Source: Ignavibacteria bacterium (lineage in GTDB: Bacteria; Bacteroidota; Ignavibacteria; Kapaibacteriales; UBA961). From it: a DNA stretch of 64,000 nucleotides. A model generated the notes under the pieces. That model was given only the letters and a program-made list of their open reading frames with translations, made no database searches and was not told the DNA's origin. This document shows, one piece after another, positions 40,528-50,869 of the stretch (position 1 is the stretch's first letter; the number at the start of each line of letters is the position of its first letter). Location of the stretch: contig JADJXV010000002.1 in the NCBI GenBank assembly GCA_016720145.1, positions 152,279-216,278 on the forward strand, written 5' to 3'. The translations under genes were made by a program, and so were the position numbers.

Positions 40528-41256
40528 ATGAAGCGTTTTTTTGTAGCAGGTCTCGCACTATTTGGTATGATGACAATTATGATGATAGCTCAGCCAAAGC
40601 TTGAAATCGTCAGCAAAGGTGGAGATACATACGATTGGGGTAAAGTAGGTCCAAAAGATTCCCCATTAAAGGCAACGATTAAGATTAAAAATGTTGGTAC
40701 TGAATTATTGAAAATTACAGATGTTCATCCCGGATGCGGCTGTACAAAAACCGCTGAGCTCGACAAAAAAGAACTCCAACCCGGTGAAGTTGCATCAACA
40801 GAACTTTCACTTGCAGTTGGTAATACGACCGGAGATCTTACCAAAAGTGTCACTATTACCAGCAACGATGCGACTAGCCCAACCAAAATTCTTTATCTCT
40901 AGGCACACATTGTTCGCCCGATTCAGCTCTCATCCCAATATCTTGTGTTTAATGACCTGAAAGTCGGTCTGCAAAGTGAAGCAAAGCTTTCGGTGAAAAA
41001 TTCTACAACTTCTGATATTACTTTATCGGATTTTGAAGTAACAAACGGACTTACGATAAATATGAAAAAGCCGGTTGTCATCAAAGGCGGCTCCGAAGCT
41101 GAAATTATCGCTCATATTACCCCTAAAGAAAAAGGGTATTTTAATGCAATGGTGAAGATGAAAACTTCGAACCCGGAAGTGCCGACGTTAGATATCACAG
41201 CTTACGGTAATGTTTCCGAACAAACCTCACCAGTGTATCCCGGCACAAAACAGTAA
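40528..41256 (+). pseudogene. Two-domain DUF1573 protein interrupted by an in-frame TAG at 40900-40902
   Basis: Domain 1 has the HPGCGCT motif. ORF 40528..40902 and ORF 40945..41256 are in the same frame, separated only by TAG: ...TKILYL[TAG]AHIVRPIQLSSQYLVFNDLKVGLQ... The combined length is about 242 aa, typical for the family. Confidence 0.6.
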
Positions 41257-41281
41257 TTTAAATGATGGTAGTATAATGTAA

Positions 41282-41318
41282 AGCCCTGTAGGTCTCTCCT
41301 GCAGGGCTTTATATTTTT
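41282..41318 (+). terminator. Rho-independent terminator after the DUF1573 gene
   Basis: The hairpin is gccctgtagg tctctcctgcagggc, followed by tttatatttttt. Confidence 0.7.
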
Positions 41319-41887
41319 TAATTTCAGTCTATTGTAAGGGTTATCAACCTAACCAGTTGATATATTAGTGTAACAAAGATAGAGTGAAAAATGAGAATTC
41401 ACTTTGTAAATCTTAATAGTGTTAGTCAAGCAAGAATTCTTCTGTTAATTGTTACGTATTAGTAGAGCATCTATTCAGCTCAGATGGAAGTGTATTATTG
41501 ATAATAACTACAAACAAAGATTATCACTGTGTTTAATTTCTTAAAAATGTACTTATTTTTTGCAAGTCATTATTCTACTAATAATTATCATGTACATATT
41601 CAACATTCTCAGGTTCCAAACTCTCTATGAAATTCCGATACTTCTATGATAAATCGTTATATTGCGTCCCGACGACAGCTTTCTGAACACTAGTTCCGTG
41701 GAAATATTAATATCATTACACATTCTTCAGGACACCCGTTTTATCGTGACTTGTTCCTCCTCTCGTACACTTACATAGATGCTGATGCAGCTTCAGTATA
41801 ATGGGACGTAGTGAGTGTATTTATTCAAAATTAATTATCAGATGCAACTGAGGTAATTTTCTCAGTAGTATATAGTAACGTGTATTT

Positions 41888-43914
41888 ATGAAAATTGTAT
41901 TCTTTGTATTTCTTTGTGTTTTCTCAGTTCTTCCACAATTTGCTCAATCTCAACAAGTACAATGGGCGACAAAAGTACTTAAATATTCATCACAATATTC
42001 GAGTTCTAAAAGCGCAGCCAAGCAAGCGTTAGGCAAGCCTAATTCTCTGCCGATTGGTGGGGATAGTCCAATGGCTTGGGCGGTAGAACAAATTGGTGAA
42101 AATGAGTCTTGGGTAGAGGCTACTTTGAAGCTTGGTTATTCTATTCCAATGAAAATACGACAAGTTGCGATAGCTGAGAATTGTTCTCCTGGAGCAATAA
42201 CACGAGTTATACTCACTGATACTGATGGTGATGAACATGTAATTTATACAGCTGAACCCAAAAAAATAAATGATAAAGCACGGATGCTAAATTTGTTTGT
42301 ACCGCTTACTGATTACAAAGTAGAATCATTGACACTGATACTACAACCAGGGAAAGTGAGTGGATGGAATGAAATTGATGCAGTTGGAATTTCAGACTTG
42401 GAAGATTCGGTGAAAGCTACAATTAAGCTTGCTCCAGCAGTCACTTACATCGGCGTTCCAGAAAATCTGGGGAGTTCTGTCAATTCTACATTCAGCGAAG
42501 CAATCGATGCAATAGCTCCCGATGGCAAGACTCTTTTTTTCAGTAGAGTGAATCACCCGGAAAATGTAGGCGGAGTAAATAGCGGTCGTGATGTATGGTA
42601 CTCGACGATGCGACCTGACAGTACATGGACACCGGCAATGAATATTGGTGCTCCGATAAACAATGAGGGGAATAATTATGTGAATTCCATTTCGCCGGAC
42701 GGCAATAAAATGTTGCTTGGTAATCTCTATAAAGAAGACGGCACAAGTGGTGGACGAGGTCTATCGATGACATATAAAACTCAAAATGGCTGGAGTAAGC
42801 CTGAAAATCTTAAAATCAGGAATTTAGTCAGCAAAAGCAATCATGCTGAATATGCACTGTCTCCTGATGGCAAGACGATATTATTATCAATTGAAGCTGA
42901 TGAAACGTATGGGTTTAATGATTTATACGCTACTTTTCTCATTGAAAATGGCGAATGGAGCGAACCAATTAATCTCGGGGAAAATGTAAATACTGCCGGG
43001 AATGAGAATGGTCCTTTTCTTGCCGCCGACGGAGTAACGCTCTATTATTCTACGAATGGATTGAGCGGTTATGGTAGCAATGATGTATTCATCACACGAC
43101 GATTAGATGATACGTGGACCAAATGGTCAGAACCTGAAAATCTGGGTCCGGGAGTTAATACAGCCAAATTTGATGCAGGATATTCACTCGCAGCATCAGG
43201 TTCGTTTGCTTACTTCACATCGACCGCAAATTCATTGGGAGAAGACGACATTTTTCGAATTGCTCTTCCTAAAGAATCAAAGCCACAGCCGGTTAAGCTC
43301 GTAAAGGGTAAGGTCTTTGACGCGAAAACCAATCTACCTCTCGAGTCTACGATCACCTATATAGCTATTCCCGATAGCTCTCTCTTTCAACGGCTCTACT
43401 ATTTCAAAAATTCACCGGTGAATATACTGTAATTCTACCTGCAGGAAATGAATTCGTTTTGCGTGTCGATGCAAAAAACTATTACGCTCTGACTGAAAGA
43501 ATTACAACTCTTGATCTTACAGAATATCAAGAAATCACGAATGACCTCTATATTTATCCTGTTGAAGTAGGGCAGACATTTAGATTGAATACTGTATTCT
43601 TTGAATTTGCCAAAACAGATCTGAGCCCCGAGTCATTTATCGAACTTGACAATGTCGTAGGATTCATGGTAGCCAATCCTACTGTCGAAATTCAAATCGT
43701 AGGACATACTGATAATGTCGGTAATGATTTGGACAATATTGCACTTTCAGAAAGCAGAGCAAAAGAAGTAATGAAGTATATCACTTCTCATGGAATTGCT
43801 TCCTCCCGTATATCATCACGTGGATATGGCAAGGCAAGACCCGAGTCAACAAATGAAACCGAGAGTGGAAGACAGCTAAATCGTCGTGTGGAATTTACTG
43901 TTGTTAAAGAGTAG
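41888..43914 (+). pseudogene. PD40 (TolB-like beta-propeller), CarboxypepD_reg-like, OmpA_C domain protein. It is split by a 1-nt frameshift in an A5 run at 43406-43410.
   Basis: ORF 41888..43432 ends ...LYYFKNSPVNIL*. The shifted frame reads ...KFTGEYTVILPAGNEFVLRVDAKNYYAL..., continuing into ORF 43459..43914 (OmpA_C: ...IVGHTDNVGNDLDNIALSESRAKEV...NRRVEFTVV). One extra A gives a continuous protein. The stop codon is TAG. Confidence 0.6.
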
Positions 43915-44087
43915 TTCACTTCTAATATCTCTGTAATTTTCAAAAATCAGCTAAAGCAACAACCAATATGGTGCATATTATCTTTTCACAAACTCCACGT
44001 TAAATCTATATAAAATCGTATATTTGGGTAATTGTGATTTGTTTAATGAGCCGCACGTTCTGCATGCGGTGTATTTGATGTAGTTAA

Positions 44088-45162
44088 TTGATGAATACGC
44101 ATCCCCTCCCTCTATCTACACACCTAATTGTTCGTCGATATTTATACCTGAGGATTTCTATTTTTTCGTTAATCATTGCTTTGACATCGGTGTATGTTTT
44201 CAGTTTACCAATGTCAATCCCGATACAAATCTTTCTATTTATCACCCTTACGTTTCTATTAAATTTACTTTTTATAAGTAATTTGGTCAAGTTTCTTAAT
44301 CAAATAAGCGAGACACCGTTTGTTCAAATTACTGAAGCCGCGAAACTCGTCTCCGGCGGAGTAACGACAGCCCGTGCAGTACTTGAGGCCATGCCGACAT
44401 CCGAGGCATTCCGCGCCGCCGAAGCAGTGAATGCTCTTGCCGATAAAGCAGGGAAAGATATAGCCGAAATGAAAAAATTAGAACGGGTACGGTCGGAGTT
44501 TTTGGAATGTATCGCACGAACTCCGCACGCCTATATTCTAGATTCAAGGTTACCTCGAGACTCTCCTAGACGGCGCTTTGGAGGACAAAGACGTGAGCCG
44601 AAAGTTTGTCGAGCGCGCCCATCAAAACACCAAACGTCTCAACATATTACTATCCGATTTAATTGACATTTCCAAGATTGAGTCCGGTGAAATGCGACTG
44701 AGTTTCCGGTATTTTAATCTCTGTGATATTATCCGCGAAACAATTGCATCACTCGAATTTCAGGCCACGTTGAGTGATGTTGAACTCTCATCTAATTGCA
44801 TAAATGAACAAGAACTTATGGTCTATGGCGACAAAGAGCGTCTCGCACAAGTAATTGTCAATATCATGCAGAATGCTATAAAATATAATCGTGAGAAGGG
44901 TACTGTACAGGTCATAGTCGAGACGCGAGCTCAAGACGTAAAAGTAAGGATAATCGACACAGGGATTGGAATTCCCGAGGAACAGAAATCGCGGATTTTT
45001 GAGAGATTTTACAGGGTCGATTCAGGACGTTCGCGGAGTGTTGGCGGTACTGGCTTGGGACTTGCAATCGTTAAGCACATTTTAGAAGCGCATCAAGCAC
45101 CATTTGGCGTCGAGAGTACACTTGGTGTTGGTACGGAGATTTGGCTGGTGTTGAAGAGGTGA
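44088..45162 (+). pseudogene. Membrane sensor histidine kinase carrying both a 1-nt frameshift (about 44497-44510) and an in-frame TAG (44539-44541) inside the HisKA H-box region
   Basis: Frame A reads ...KKLERVRSEF. Frame B reads SFWNVSHELRTPIF[TAG]IQGYLETLLDGALEDKDVSRKFVERAHQNTKRLNILLSDLIDISKIESGE..., then an HATPase_c domain (...IDTGIGIPEEQKSRIFERFYRVD...GGTGLGLAIVK...). Two TM helices are present N-terminally. Confidence 0.6.
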
Positions 45163-45263
45163 TTTATTACAAAAATAGAATCATTGCATTTGAGCAATCC
45201 AGAGTTCGAAACTACACTCTTAAGTGTTTTATTTAAATACATATACCTACAATAATCCTACCT

Positions 45264-45950
45264 TCAATACACCCGCGCTTCATCATTCAATATTTTTATT
45301 CCTTCTCCTGCTTGCGTCAGAACATAGACACCTAATTTTTTGGCGGCTTCGAGCGCATGGTCATCAACGCTCAATCCTGCTACGGAAAGATAAATATCCT
45401 TCGAAGCTTCTTCCGGGAATAGTATGCGGAAGTTCTCAACTTTCCTTTTCGTTAGCTCCTCGATATCATCGCTGCGCAGTCGGTATTTTATCTCTACAAT
45501 TCCGACTGCTTTTTCGCCGTAAAGGATAACATCATATTGATCGCGCAGGGTACGCTGCTTGTTATAGCGCTTTTCATTTCGCTCGGCAAAGTCAAAACTC
45601 ACGCCATTGAGTGACGGCGTTCTCTCGAGTGCCGCCGAAAAAAACTGTTCGGCCGTGAGCCCGTTAGAGTCGGTAACGCCATTGATATGCCGTGATAATT
45701 CCTTGATATATCTGCCGATTTCTTGGAGTTCTGTCGATGTGTTGTGGGTGAGTTCTGTAATTTCAGCACGAGTTTCTGTGCTTGTTTCCTGAAACTTACG
45801 ATCAGTTTCCTGAAATTTACGGTCAGTATCCAGAAACTTACGGTCAGTGTCTTGAAATTTACGATCAGTTTCCTGAAATTTACGATCAGTTTCTTTCTGA
45901 CTCTGAGCGAGTTCTCTGAGGATGAGCTTTACTTCTTCGAGTGTATCCAT
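45264..45950 (-). CDS. Hypothetical protein with an N-terminal tandem heptad repeat (ETDRKFQ x about 6) and a C-terminal PD-(D/E)xK nuclease-like motif
   Basis: The repeat is ...QKETDRKFQETDRKFQDTDRKFLDTDRKFQETDRKFQE... The C-terminus has ...YDVILYGEKAVGIVEIKYRL..., which is D-x(n)-E-x-K. Confidence 0.45.
   Translation of the reverse strand: MDTLEEVKLILRELAQSQKETDRKFQETDRKFQDTDRKFLDTDRKFQETDRKFQETSTETRAEITELTHNTSTELQEIGRYIKELSRHINGVTDSNGLTAEQFFSAALERTPSLNGVSFDFAERNEKRYNKQRTLRDQYDVILYGEKAVGIVEIKYRLRSDDIEELTKRKVENFRILFPEEASKDIYLSVAGLSVDDHALEAAKKLGVYVLTQAGEGIKILNDEARVY
45784..45895. repeat. 21-bp tandem repeat (about 5-6 units, tttcctgaaatttacgatcag-like) inside the coding sequence of 45264..45950
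   Basis: It is visible directly as ...tttcctgaaacttacgatcagtttcctgaaatttacggtcagtatccagaaacttacggtcagtgtcttgaaatttacgatcagtttcctgaaatttacgatcag... Confidence 0.8.
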
Positions 45951-46147
45951 GGTAGTGCTTTCGGGTAATGAATTATGGTGAATTGATTTATGGTGAATTG
46001 ATTTATTGCAAATATATGAATTTGGATGGAATTATATTTAGTGATGGAGAAAAATTTAAAAAAGTGGATTTCCTATTTTGTCGATAAGTGTATTCAGTCA
46101 ATTCCTGTCCAATTTCTAACAAGAGGGATTGTTGCACATAATTCCCA

Positions 46148-46981
46148 TCAAAATATCACCTGAAAGCCAATACCCGAATACGCATCATTTTGGTCATAAA
46201 ACATACCATGCACGCTGCGTCCGCGATAGGCGAAGAAGGTGAGGAGATATCCTTTGTTTTTCGAGGTTTTGAGGAAGAGTCCGGCTTGTGCGGCATGGGT
46301 ACCTTGGTAAGAATTATCCACGCCAATGAGCTTGAAGTCATAGCCAAATTCGAATGAAAGTGATTTGGAAAGTGAGTACGAACCATCAAATCCGAACTCG
46401 GGAATAAATCTATTTGCGCGGCGTGGCTGAGTTGCCCAAAGATAGGTAAATCCTCCATAGACACGCACTTGTTGTGAGAATTCTACCGCTCCAATTAACT
46501 CAACAAACTCGCGGCTATACACAAACGGTTTCTGCCGGACAAAGACACTGTCCGAGGCATAGCCATCGACTAAATGCGAGGAAATATGTGCAATTCTCAG
46601 CCGCACAGACCATTCGGTTGTCGGCGTGAATTGGTGCTTAACAGCTCCATTAATTCCAAAATAAAAATCAGCTGTTTCGACAGGAAATTTGAGTTTACCT
46701 TCGCTTCTTAGTCGTGTGAGAGTAAAGAAATCGGTACCGAGTGAGAGAAGAAGTGAGTCGGTAAGCTTGAGAGTTTGGAGGTCGATGCTGTTACCAATGT
46801 CGAGCCGGAGTTTATTATCATCAAACTGATACATAGTTCCAACACGCGCTTCGAGAGGATTCGCAGTCAGTGGCTTGAAATAATTATCGCCAAGTGAATA
46901 GGCGTGAGACTTAGTGATTACGACAAGATAGCATAACAGGAAGGCAAACAAGCAGCGGAGGGTGAGTCGTTGCAGATGCAT
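46148..46981 (-). CDS. Hypothetical outer-membrane beta-barrel protein
   Basis: It has a signal peptide. Alternating beta-strand patterns are present, with a C-terminal aromatic (...GIGFQVIF). It is adjacent to a polysaccharide sugar transferase gene. Confidence 0.45.
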   Translation of the reverse strand: MHLQRLTLRCLFAFLLCYLVVITKSHAYSLGDNYFKPLTANPLEARVGTMYQFDDNKLRLDIGNSIDLQTLKLTDSLLLSLGTDFFTLTRLRSEGKLKFPVETADFYFGINGAVKHQFTPTTEWSVRLRIAHISSHLVDGYASDSVFVRQKPFVYSREFVELIGAVEFSQQVRVYGGFTYLWATQPRRANRFIPEFGFDGSYSLSKSLSFEFGYDFKLIGVDNSYQGTHAAQAGLFLKTSKNKGYLLTFFAYRGRSVHGMFYDQNDAYSGIGFQVIF

Positions 46982-46995
46982 AGTATCCGGGAAAT

Positions 46996-48576
46996 TTAGT
47001 AACCGCCTTTTCCGATAAGAACTACACCAATTGTACGCGCAAGTATATAGATATCTAAGAACATAGACCAGTTACGGATATAATATATATCTGTATGGAC
47101 ACGTTCTTCAAAGCTCGATTCATTGCGGTCAGTCACCTGCCAGAGACCGGAGATACCGGGATGAATCTTGAGAATCATATCGTCGAGTCCGCTCATTTTA
47201 TACTTCTCGCGTGGCATATAAGCGCGCGGTCCGATTAAACTCATATCGCCTTTGAGCACATTCCAAAATTGGGGTAATTCATCCAAACTAAATTTACGGA
47301 GGAAGCGACCAATGCGGGTCACGCGGGGGTCATTACGGAGCTTGTGGTAGAATTCATACTCGGCGCGGAGCTCTTCGTCTTGCTGTAAGAGATATTCGAG
47401 GCGCTGCTCGGCATCATTGTGCATCGTGCGAAATTTCAATACTTTAAAGCGTTTATCACCACGTCCCATACGTTCCTGCCGGAAAAACACCGATCCGTGA
47501 GATTCTAAAGCAATGAGTGAGGCAATAACCAAAATCAGTGGGAGAGCGGCGAGTCCAAGAATAACCGTGAGAGTAATATCGAGAATGCGTTTGGTAATAT
47601 ACGAGGACTTACGGAGGAGACGCTGCTGCACTTCCAAGCCGAGAATACCGCCCAAATCACGAGTTGATACCCACAAGCTCGACAAACCGAACAAATCGGG
47701 AATAACCGTCAAATGGGTAAAATGCTGTGAAGAATTTTGAATGATTTGATGAATTCTTTCGCGTTTTACACTCGGCATAGCAATAATTGCATGATCTATT
47801 TCAAGCTTATCGCCTAAAACTGCAGCGAGCTCTAGACCTCCTACGACCGGTATTGAATGAATATATCCCCATCGATTAGGGTCGTCATCCAATGCTAATA
47901 TTGGTCGTAATCCAATTTGAATATGTTTTTGAAGTGCGTTGATAATTTCTTCACCGGCTTTTCCTGCACCAATAATCATCACCGGAATCCCCCACCACTG
48001 CTTATCTCCACATAATTTACGGACAAAAGCTCTTCCAAGTGGCACGGCAGGTAGAGCTAAAAGCCATGAAGTAATAAATAACGGTTGGTCATAGAGTATT
48101 GGTTCGTTGACGAGTAAAGTAGCAGCAGCAAGCAGTAAAAACACTATTGAAGTACAATAAGTAAGGCTACGAAGCTCTTCAACGACACCTACGCCGAATC
48201 CGGGGTAGAGTCCTCGAAGAAGATATGAGAAGGGAAACAGGGTAAGAGCGAACGGGAGGATAGAAAAATATCTGTTAAGCGATAACGTGGCCGAGGTATC
48301 TCCGAAGTATTGTAGGAAACCAATAGAAGCAAGGATCGAACAAAATAGAACAGTGATATCCGAAAGTCCAAATAGCAATGAAGCGGCTACTTTACGGAGG
48401 ATTATTTTGATTTTACTATGGGAAGTTGGGGTCGTGTCTTTTACGAGAGCAGTAATATCTTTCAGGTTGAGAGTGTTTGCTTGCTTTATACTCATTGCTG
48501 GAAATATCCCTTTATATATAAGATTTGCGCCTGAATTATACCGTGTAACACGACTTTGATTTTCAAATTTACGCAA
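46996..48576 (-). CDS. Undecaprenyl-phosphate sugar phosphotransferase (WbaP-like bacterial sugar transferase)
   Basis: N-terminal TM helices are present. The C-terminal Bac_transf domain has ...[12 protein letters not shown]...[15 protein letters not shown]... Confidence 0.8.
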   Translation of the reverse strand: MRKFENQSRVTRYNSGANLIYKGIFPAMSIKQANTLNLKDITALVKDTTPTSHSKIKIILRKVAASLLFGLSDITVLFCSILASIGFLQYFGDTSATLSLNRYFSILPFALTLFPFSYLLRGLYPGFGVGVVEELRSLTYCTSIVFLLLAAATLLVNEPILYDQPLFITSWLLALPAVPLGRAFVRKLCGDKQWWGIPVMIIGAGKAGEEIINALQKHIQIGLRPILALDDDPNRWGYIHSIPVVGGLELAAVLGDKLEIDHAIIAMPSVKRERIHQIIQNSSQHFTHLTVIPDLFGLSSLWVSTRDLGGILGLEVQQRLLRKSSYITKRILDITLTVILGLAALPLILVIASLIALESHGSVFFRQERMGRGDKRFKVLKFRTMHNDAEQRLEYLLQQDEELRAEYEFYHKLRNDPRVTRIGRFLRKFSLDELPQFWNVLKGDMSLIGPRAYMPREKYKMSGLDDMILKIHPGISGLWQVTDRNESSFEERVHTDIYYIRNWSMFLDIYILARTIGVVLIGKGGY

Positions 48577-48593
48577 AATAATTTAACTTTTAC

Positions 48594-49361
48594 TTAACGC
48601 AGAGCGCCTTTTTTCGATGAACGAATAAAATCTATGATTTCCTGCACCTCTACAATTGGTGTGCCGAGTTGTAAAAATTCTGCTATTCCTTCAGTTGTAT
48701 TGTATTTTCCGAGAAAAACCATGTCGAAAAATTTCTCGATTTCTGCAATTGTCTCGTTCGTAAAGCCGCGTCTTCGTAGGCCAATTTTGTTTATACCTTC
48801 AATCTGTGCCGGCTCGCGTCCAACGAGTGAGTAGTGCGGTACATCTTTTGTGATTTTCACGTCAGCGCCAAGCATGACGTGTTTCCCAATACGGCAGAAT
48901 TGAACTACCTTTACCATTCCACCTAGTATTGCCCAATCGTCGATCGAGACATGTCCTGCCAGCTGAGTACCATTTGAAAGAATGACATTATTGCCCACGA
49001 CACAGTCGTGAGCAACGTGCGAATATGCCATTATCAAACAATCGTTACCTACTCTTGCTTCACCTGAAAAGGTTGTTCCACGGTTGACAGTAGCGCATTC
49101 GCGCACTACTGTTCGGTCGCCGATTATTGCCAATGTCGGCTCACCTTTGTATTTCAAGTCTTGTGGTTCTGCACCTATGACTGCATTTGGAAAAATGACT
49201 GCATCCGAACCGATTCTGCTTCCATTACACAATACAGCATGGGTGCGTATATCTGCTCCTTCAGCAATTTCAACGTCGTCTTCGACCACAGCGAAAGGGC
49301 CGATTTTGACGGAGTTACCTATTTTGGCTTTATGTGAAACTACTGCAGTGGAATGGATCAT
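48594..49361 (-). CDS. lpxA: Acyl-ACP--UDP-N-acetylglucosamine O-acyltransferase
   Basis: It has left-handed beta-helix hexapeptide repeats over 255 aa. It sits in the lpxA-lpxC/fabZ-lpxD cluster. Confidence 0.88.
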   Translation of the reverse strand: MIHSTAVVSHKAKIGNSVKIGPFAVVEDDVEIAEGADIRTHAVLCNGSRIGSDAVIFPNAVIGAEPQDLKYKGEPTLAIIGDRTVVRECATVNRGTTFSGEARVGNDCLIMAYSHVAHDCVVGNNVILSNGTQLAGHVSIDDWAILGGMVKVVQFCRIGKHVMLGADVKITKDVPHYSLVGREPAQIEGINKIGLRRRGFTNETIAEIEKFFDMVFLGKYNTTEGIAEFLQLGTPIVEVQEIIDFIRSSKKGALR

Positions 49362-49393
49362 ACGTTCATAATCATGTACATTTTGGTCAATAT

Positions 49394-50791
49394 TTATTTG
49401 TCAACTACAGCAGCAAGAAGCTCGGCTTCGGCCACAAGATTTCCGTCCACATACGCTTTAGCTGCGAGGGTAAACGTGTTGAATCTCTTGCTGACGAGCT
49501 TGACATCCATCACGAGTTGATCGCCTGGTACTACGGGCTTGCGGAAGCGTACTTTGTCCATTCCCATAAAGAACACAAGCTTATTTTCATCGAATGTGCC
49601 ATTATTCAGGAGTAGCATACCACCTGTTTGTCCCATTGCTTCGAGGATAAGTACTCCCGGCATGATAGGTCTTCCCGGGAAATGTCCATTGAAGAAATCT
49701 TCGTTTATCGTCACATTTTTATATCCTCTGATTCGGGAATTCTCCACATCAAATTCGGTAATTCTATCCACTAAAAGAAAAGGATAGCGATGAGGCATAA
49801 TTTTCAAAATTGCATTCACATCAAATATTGCATTTTCTCCTCGCTTGACCTGAAATTTCTTTTGAATTTTCTTTTGTTCGTAAAGTTTCCGGATCTTTCG
49901 TGCAAATTCAATATTTGCAGCGTGTCCGGGTCGTGCTGCAAGAATCTGCGCTTTCATTGGTACACCGACAAGAGCCAAATCACCAAGCATATCAAGTAGC
50001 TTATGACGGGCGGGTTCGTTTTTGAAGCGTAAGTGATTGTTATTGAGAATTCCTGAGTCGCCGAGGACAGTTTTATTCGGATAGCCGATCGATAGTAGCA
50101 TAGCGGAGAGCTCATCCTGAGACAGTTTTTTATCAACGATAACGACGGCATTATCGAGTGAACCGCCTTTGATAAGCCCTTGTTTGTGAAGCATTTCCAC
50201 TTCGGTCAGAAAGCAAAATGTCCTTGCAGGTGCAAATTCCGATAAGAATTCTTTTTCTAAATCGAATAAACCGGTATGCTGAGATCCAAGAGCAGGATTA
50301 TGATAATCGACCATGACCGTAATGCGGAAGTCTTCATTGGGTAACCCAACAATTTCCACACCGCGCGATTCATTGACATACCTTATTGTTGAGTCGATTA
50401 CAAGGTAATCTTTAGGTGCTTTTTGTTCTTCAAATCCTGTCGCAAGGAGAGGTGTAGTAAACGGGAGTGCAGAGCCATCACCTACAGGCGGCTCATTATT
50501 ATCAATTTCAATACGGCAATTGTCTATCTCAAGCCCTACAAGTGCAGCAAGAGTGTGCTCTACTGTATGAACAGAGGCATCATTATGGGTAAGGGTCGTT
50601 CCGCGTGCTATATCGGTGACATAATCGACATTAGCAGGAATTTCCGGTGAATTGGGAATATCAGTTCTGATAAACTTGAAACCATAATTTTCCGGTGCTG
50701 GGCAAAATGTAATTGTACTAACGTTACCGGTGTGGAGTCCTACACCGGAAACTGACACTCTTTCACGCACAGTGCGCTGATTTACAAGCAT
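49394..50791 (-). CDS. lpxC/fabZ: Bifunctional UDP-3-O-acyl-GlcNAc deacetylase / 3-hydroxyacyl-ACP dehydratase (LpxC-FabZ fusion)
   Basis: The N-terminal LpxC is ...VSGVGLHTGN... The C-terminal FabZ hot-dog is ...PHRYPFLLVDRI...GHFPGRPIMPGVLILEAMGQ... Confidence 0.9.
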   Translation of the reverse strand: MLVNQRTVRERVSVSGVGLHTGNVSTITFCPAPENYGFKFIRTDIPNSPEIPANVDYVTDIARGTTLTHNDASVHTVEHTLAALVGLEIDNCRIEIDNNEPPVGDGSALPFTTPLLATGFEEQKAPKDYLVIDSTIRYVNESRGVEIVGLPNEDFRITVMVDYHNPALGSQHTGLFDLEKEFLSEFAPARTFCFLTEVEMLHKQGLIKGGSLDNAVVIVDKKLSQDELSAMLLSIGYPNKTVLGDSGILNNNHLRFKNEPARHKLLDMLGDLALVGVPMKAQILAARPGHAANIEFARKIRKLYEQKKIQKKFQVKRGENAIFDVNAILKIMPHRYPFLLVDRITEFDVENSRIRGYKNVTINEDFFNGHFPGRPIMPGVLILEAMGQTGGMLLLNNGTFDENKLVFFMGMDKVRFRKPVVPGDQLVMDVKLVSKRFNTFTLAAKAYVDGNLVAEAELLAAVVDK

Positions 50792-50869
50792 ATTATTAAC
50801 GATATGAAGAAAATTTTAAAAGCAATTAATATCAAAATTAGGGAAATATCAAGGAAATGCAGCGATTGT

